From the sequence record PQ850621.1: 43,746 nucleotides of DNA, one strand, 5' to 3'. The notes beneath the pieces were generated by a model that saw only the letters and a program-made list of their open reading frames with translations, did not search any database and was not told the origin of the DNA. Of this stretch, positions 41,836-43,746 are shown piece by piece. Each line of letters starts with the position of its first letter. Position 1 is the stretch's first letter. This DNA is from Escherichia phage NicoleGrasset_Bas72. The position numbers were made by a program, and so were the translations under genes.

Positions 41836-42084
41836 ATGAGTAACGTACAGACAATCGCAATAACCGAGGAACTTGAAGCCAAATGTATCGCATGGACTAT
41901 GGGTAATGACCCGGTTGCTATGCGTAAATTTCCAATGAAAATCACAGATACCGAAGCATTCAAAGACGCACAACTGATGGCGCGTATCGCCGTTAGTAAC
42001 CTGAGCCGCAATATCCCTGCGGATGCGTTCTGGTTCGCTGCTATGCAGACACTGAAAGCAGCTTATGCAGGAGAGAAGAAATGA
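41836..42084 (+). CDS. hypothetical protein
   Basis: GGAG SD; downstream of promoter 41774-41802. Confidence 0.45.
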   Translation: MSNVQTIAITEELEAKCIAWTMGNDPVAMRKFPMKITDTEAFKDAQLMARIAVSNLSRNIPADAFWFAAMQTLKAAYAGEKK

Positions 42085-42278
42085 AAGTTAAAGCCGCTAA
42101 AATTCTCTGGTTAGCCGCCCTTGACTATGTCACAGAGGGTAAAGTGTATGATGTATACAACCCGACAGCTACTGGTTTCGGTTATATAGACTCCGACGAC
42201 GACTGCCATATTTTCATAGACTTTGGTAACGATGACGGTGATGGTTTCCACGGCGTTAAATGGGAGGTTGTAGAATGA
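42081..42278 (+). CDS. hypothetical acidic protein
   Basis: ATGA overlap with upstream gene. Confidence 0.45.
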   Translation: MKVKAAKILWLAALDYVTEGKVYDVYNPTATGFGYIDSDDDCHIFIDFGNDDGDGFHGVKWEVVE

Positions 42279-42436
42279 GCGAACAAGGTCAAGTAAGCCA
42301 GCCATTACGAGTAGGCCGTAAGGTGAGTCACACCCCGTTCCCGACACGCGAGGAACTGATGAAACGTAACAGTTTCCCTGGGCCGGACAAGAACAAGTAT
42401 CTCAACCGCATGTGGGGAGAGCGTAAAAATGACTGA
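42275..42436 (+). CDS. small hypothetical protein (53 aa)
   Basis: GGGAGG SD; ATGA overlap; not in ORF track. Confidence 0.35.
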   Translation: MSEQGQVSQPLRVGRKVSHTPFPTREELMKRNSFPGPDKNKYLNRMWGERKND

Positions 42437-42614
42437 CCGTGAATATGAAAAGATGATGGTAGAGGCCGTTAACGGCGGCGTAGACATTAGCCACGTGATG
42501 TGCGTCCTGAATAATAAAATCGCGGTAGCCGAGCAAATGGTGGAGTCGCTTTATGAGACGCGCCGCGAACTGATTAACCGCTTCAACCTGAACAAAGGTG
42601 ACACCAATGCCTAA
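42429..42614 (+). CDS. hypothetical protein
   Basis: 61 aa; overlapping gene chain. Confidence 0.45.
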   Translation: MTDREYEKMMVEAVNGGVDISHVMCVLNNKIAVAEQMVESLYETRRELINRFNLNKGDTNA

Positions 42615-42906
42615 AATCACAATTGCATCGCTCGAGCGCCGTATTATGGTGCTTGAGTCGGAGAAACAGACGTTAGGCGGGCAACTGTCAATTAACGGTG
42701 AGTTTCAACTGGAGGCGTATAAAGAACTTCTAGAGGCGTTTAAAGAGCTACAAGCCATCGCGTCTGACATAGAAAATATGATTGGATTGTTGCAATCCGG
42801 GGAGTGGGCCGAACACTGCACTAAATCGGCGTTAGGAAAACGGCTTGAGACGGAGATTACTGACATGCTGAGTTGTCTTGTTGAGGCGCCAGATGAGCAC
42901 GCCTGA
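42607..42906 (+). CDS. hypothetical coiled-coil protein
   Basis: ATG at 42607 overlapping upstream stop. Confidence 0.45.
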   Translation: MPKITIASLERRIMVLESEKQTLGGQLSINGEFQLEAYKELLEAFKELQAIASDIENMIGLLQSGEWAEHCTKSALGKRLETEITDMLSCLVEAPDEHA

Positions 42907-43075
42907 GCCGGTAGTTATCGATGGCGTCCTGTGGAAACCTTACTCGGTTAACCACGTCGACGCCGATGGGAAGAAGTTCAGTTTCTACATTTTTGCGATT
43001 AGCCGCGAGCACGCTGCGTGTGTAGTAGACGATATACGAGAAACGGCGTGGCTTGGCGATGAGATAGTGGGGTGA
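42893..43075 (+). CDS. hypothetical protein
   Basis: ATG 42893 in frame of track ORF 42878-43075. Confidence 0.4.
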   Translation: MSTPEPVVIDGVLWKPYSVNHVDADGKKFSFYIFAISREHAACVVDDIRETAWLGDEIVG

Positions 43076-43162
43076 GAGCATGAGTCTTGAGGTTGTTATA
43101 AGTCTGGTTGGTCTTAGTTACTTCATTGGGCTATTGGTCGGTTTTCTGTGGGGTAGATACTA

Positions 43163-43334
43163 ATGTTCAGCGACATCAACGCAGCAATCGAAGAAGCAAT
43201 CTGGCGCCGTTACAACGGCGAGCAACAGCGTCACTTCTGCCTGGTGCAACGTGGTAACATGGTCGCCGTGGTGCAGGACCGCGATAACAAATATCCGAAT
43301 GCGATGTGGACAACGAGGAATTTCTTAGGATGAT
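43163..43334 (+). CDS. small hypothetical protein (56 aa)
   Basis: ATG immediately after upstream stop; not in ORF track. Confidence 0.3.
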
Positions 43335-43566
43335 TACCAGCATTCCTAACCTGATTAAAGAATATGGCACGATGGCCGAGACATGCCGACAAACCGGCAT
43401 CAACGAAATGACTATTGCTAAGTACAGCAAAGATGTTAACTGCGATCGCCACGTAATTTTTAACAACCGTCTGATGACGCACGTTAAGACAAGCCCGGTG
43501 TTATTCACGCGCCGGGGTATCACTAAAACAGAGCAACGCATTGCTAAAGAGGAGAGTGGGGGATGA
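43331..43566 (+). CDS. hypothetical protein with possible HTH
   Basis: ATG 43331 overlapping upstream stop; segment AETCRQTGINEMTIAKY is HTH-like. Confidence 0.4.
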
Positions 43567-43667
43567 GACTACTAGTCTTTCCGAATTCCTGGGCTATCGC
43601 CGTAGCTAACGACCATTACGGCGGCGACGGTAAACGAGCGCCACGCCACGGCCTATATAACTGATAC

Positions 43668-43692
43668 AAGCCCTCTACGGAGGGCTTTTCTG
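43668..43692 (+). terminator. rho-independent terminator at end of early gene block
   Basis: GCCCTC tacg GAGGGC then TTTTC. Confidence 0.6.
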
Positions 43693-43746
43693 TACATCCC
43701 GCCCAATCCCCTTATATAATCCCTTTAGACGCGTAGGGCGCGTCTG

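Noticed and set aside
43176-43541. 121-aa minus-strand ORF
   Set aside because: Antisense to a chain of plus-strand small genes with good SD sequences and start/stop overlaps; Arg/Leu-rich composition typical of a spurious frame.
1-43746. CRISPR array, tRNA genes, integrase or lysogeny module, reverse transcriptase
   Set aside because: No regularly spaced direct repeats, no tRNA-like T-arm sequences, and no ORF with integrase, repressor-sized or reverse-transcriptase features were seen; the phage is probably virulent. Absence is from reading by eye and should be confirmed with tRNAscan-SE, ARAGORN and profile searches.

Overview
The window reads as a near-complete genome of a virulent tailed phage (siphovirus-like), about 50% GC, with three blocks. 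Block 1 (1-24170, + strand) is the packaging and structural module: small and large terminase, portal, head-morphogenesis protein, scaffold, major capsid, head-tail and tail proteins, a tail chaperone pair with a putative -1 frameshift, tape measure, tail-tip proteins and a beta-helix tailspike. Block 2 (24165-37267, mostly - strand) is the replication module: SNF2-like helicase, compact C5-cytosine methyltransferase, VRR-NUC nuclease, HNH endonuclease, family A DNA polymerase, DUF2815-like and DUF2800-like proteins, and a primase-helicase. Block 3 (37629-43700, + strand) is a run of small early-type genes with a holin/holin/endolysin cassette embedded in it. The gene set (family A polymerase with DUF2800 and DUF2815, tailspike, about 43 kb) resembles Jersey-like enterobacterial siphoviruses, but this is from memory of domain signatures, not a database search. 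No integrase, tRNA, CRISPR array or reverse transcriptase was seen. The most interesting candidates for an undescribed system are: (a) an opposite-strand three-gene cassette inside the tail module (12356-14105) encoding a secreted protein and an HTH-metallophosphoesterase fusion, with its own promoter and a bidirectional terminator; (b) a conserved promoter family, TTGCAC-N17-TACTAT, at four sites; (c) a C-terminal VTEEDLE tail shared by the primase-helicase and the DUF2800 nuclease with 19 nt of DNA identity; (d) an overlapped spanin pair in the head module, about 8.4 kb across the window junction from the holin/endolysin if the genome is circular or permuted; (e) two promoter-to-hairpin non-coding regions with operator-like repeats. 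All functional calls are from reading motifs by eye and need homology or structure searches to confirm.
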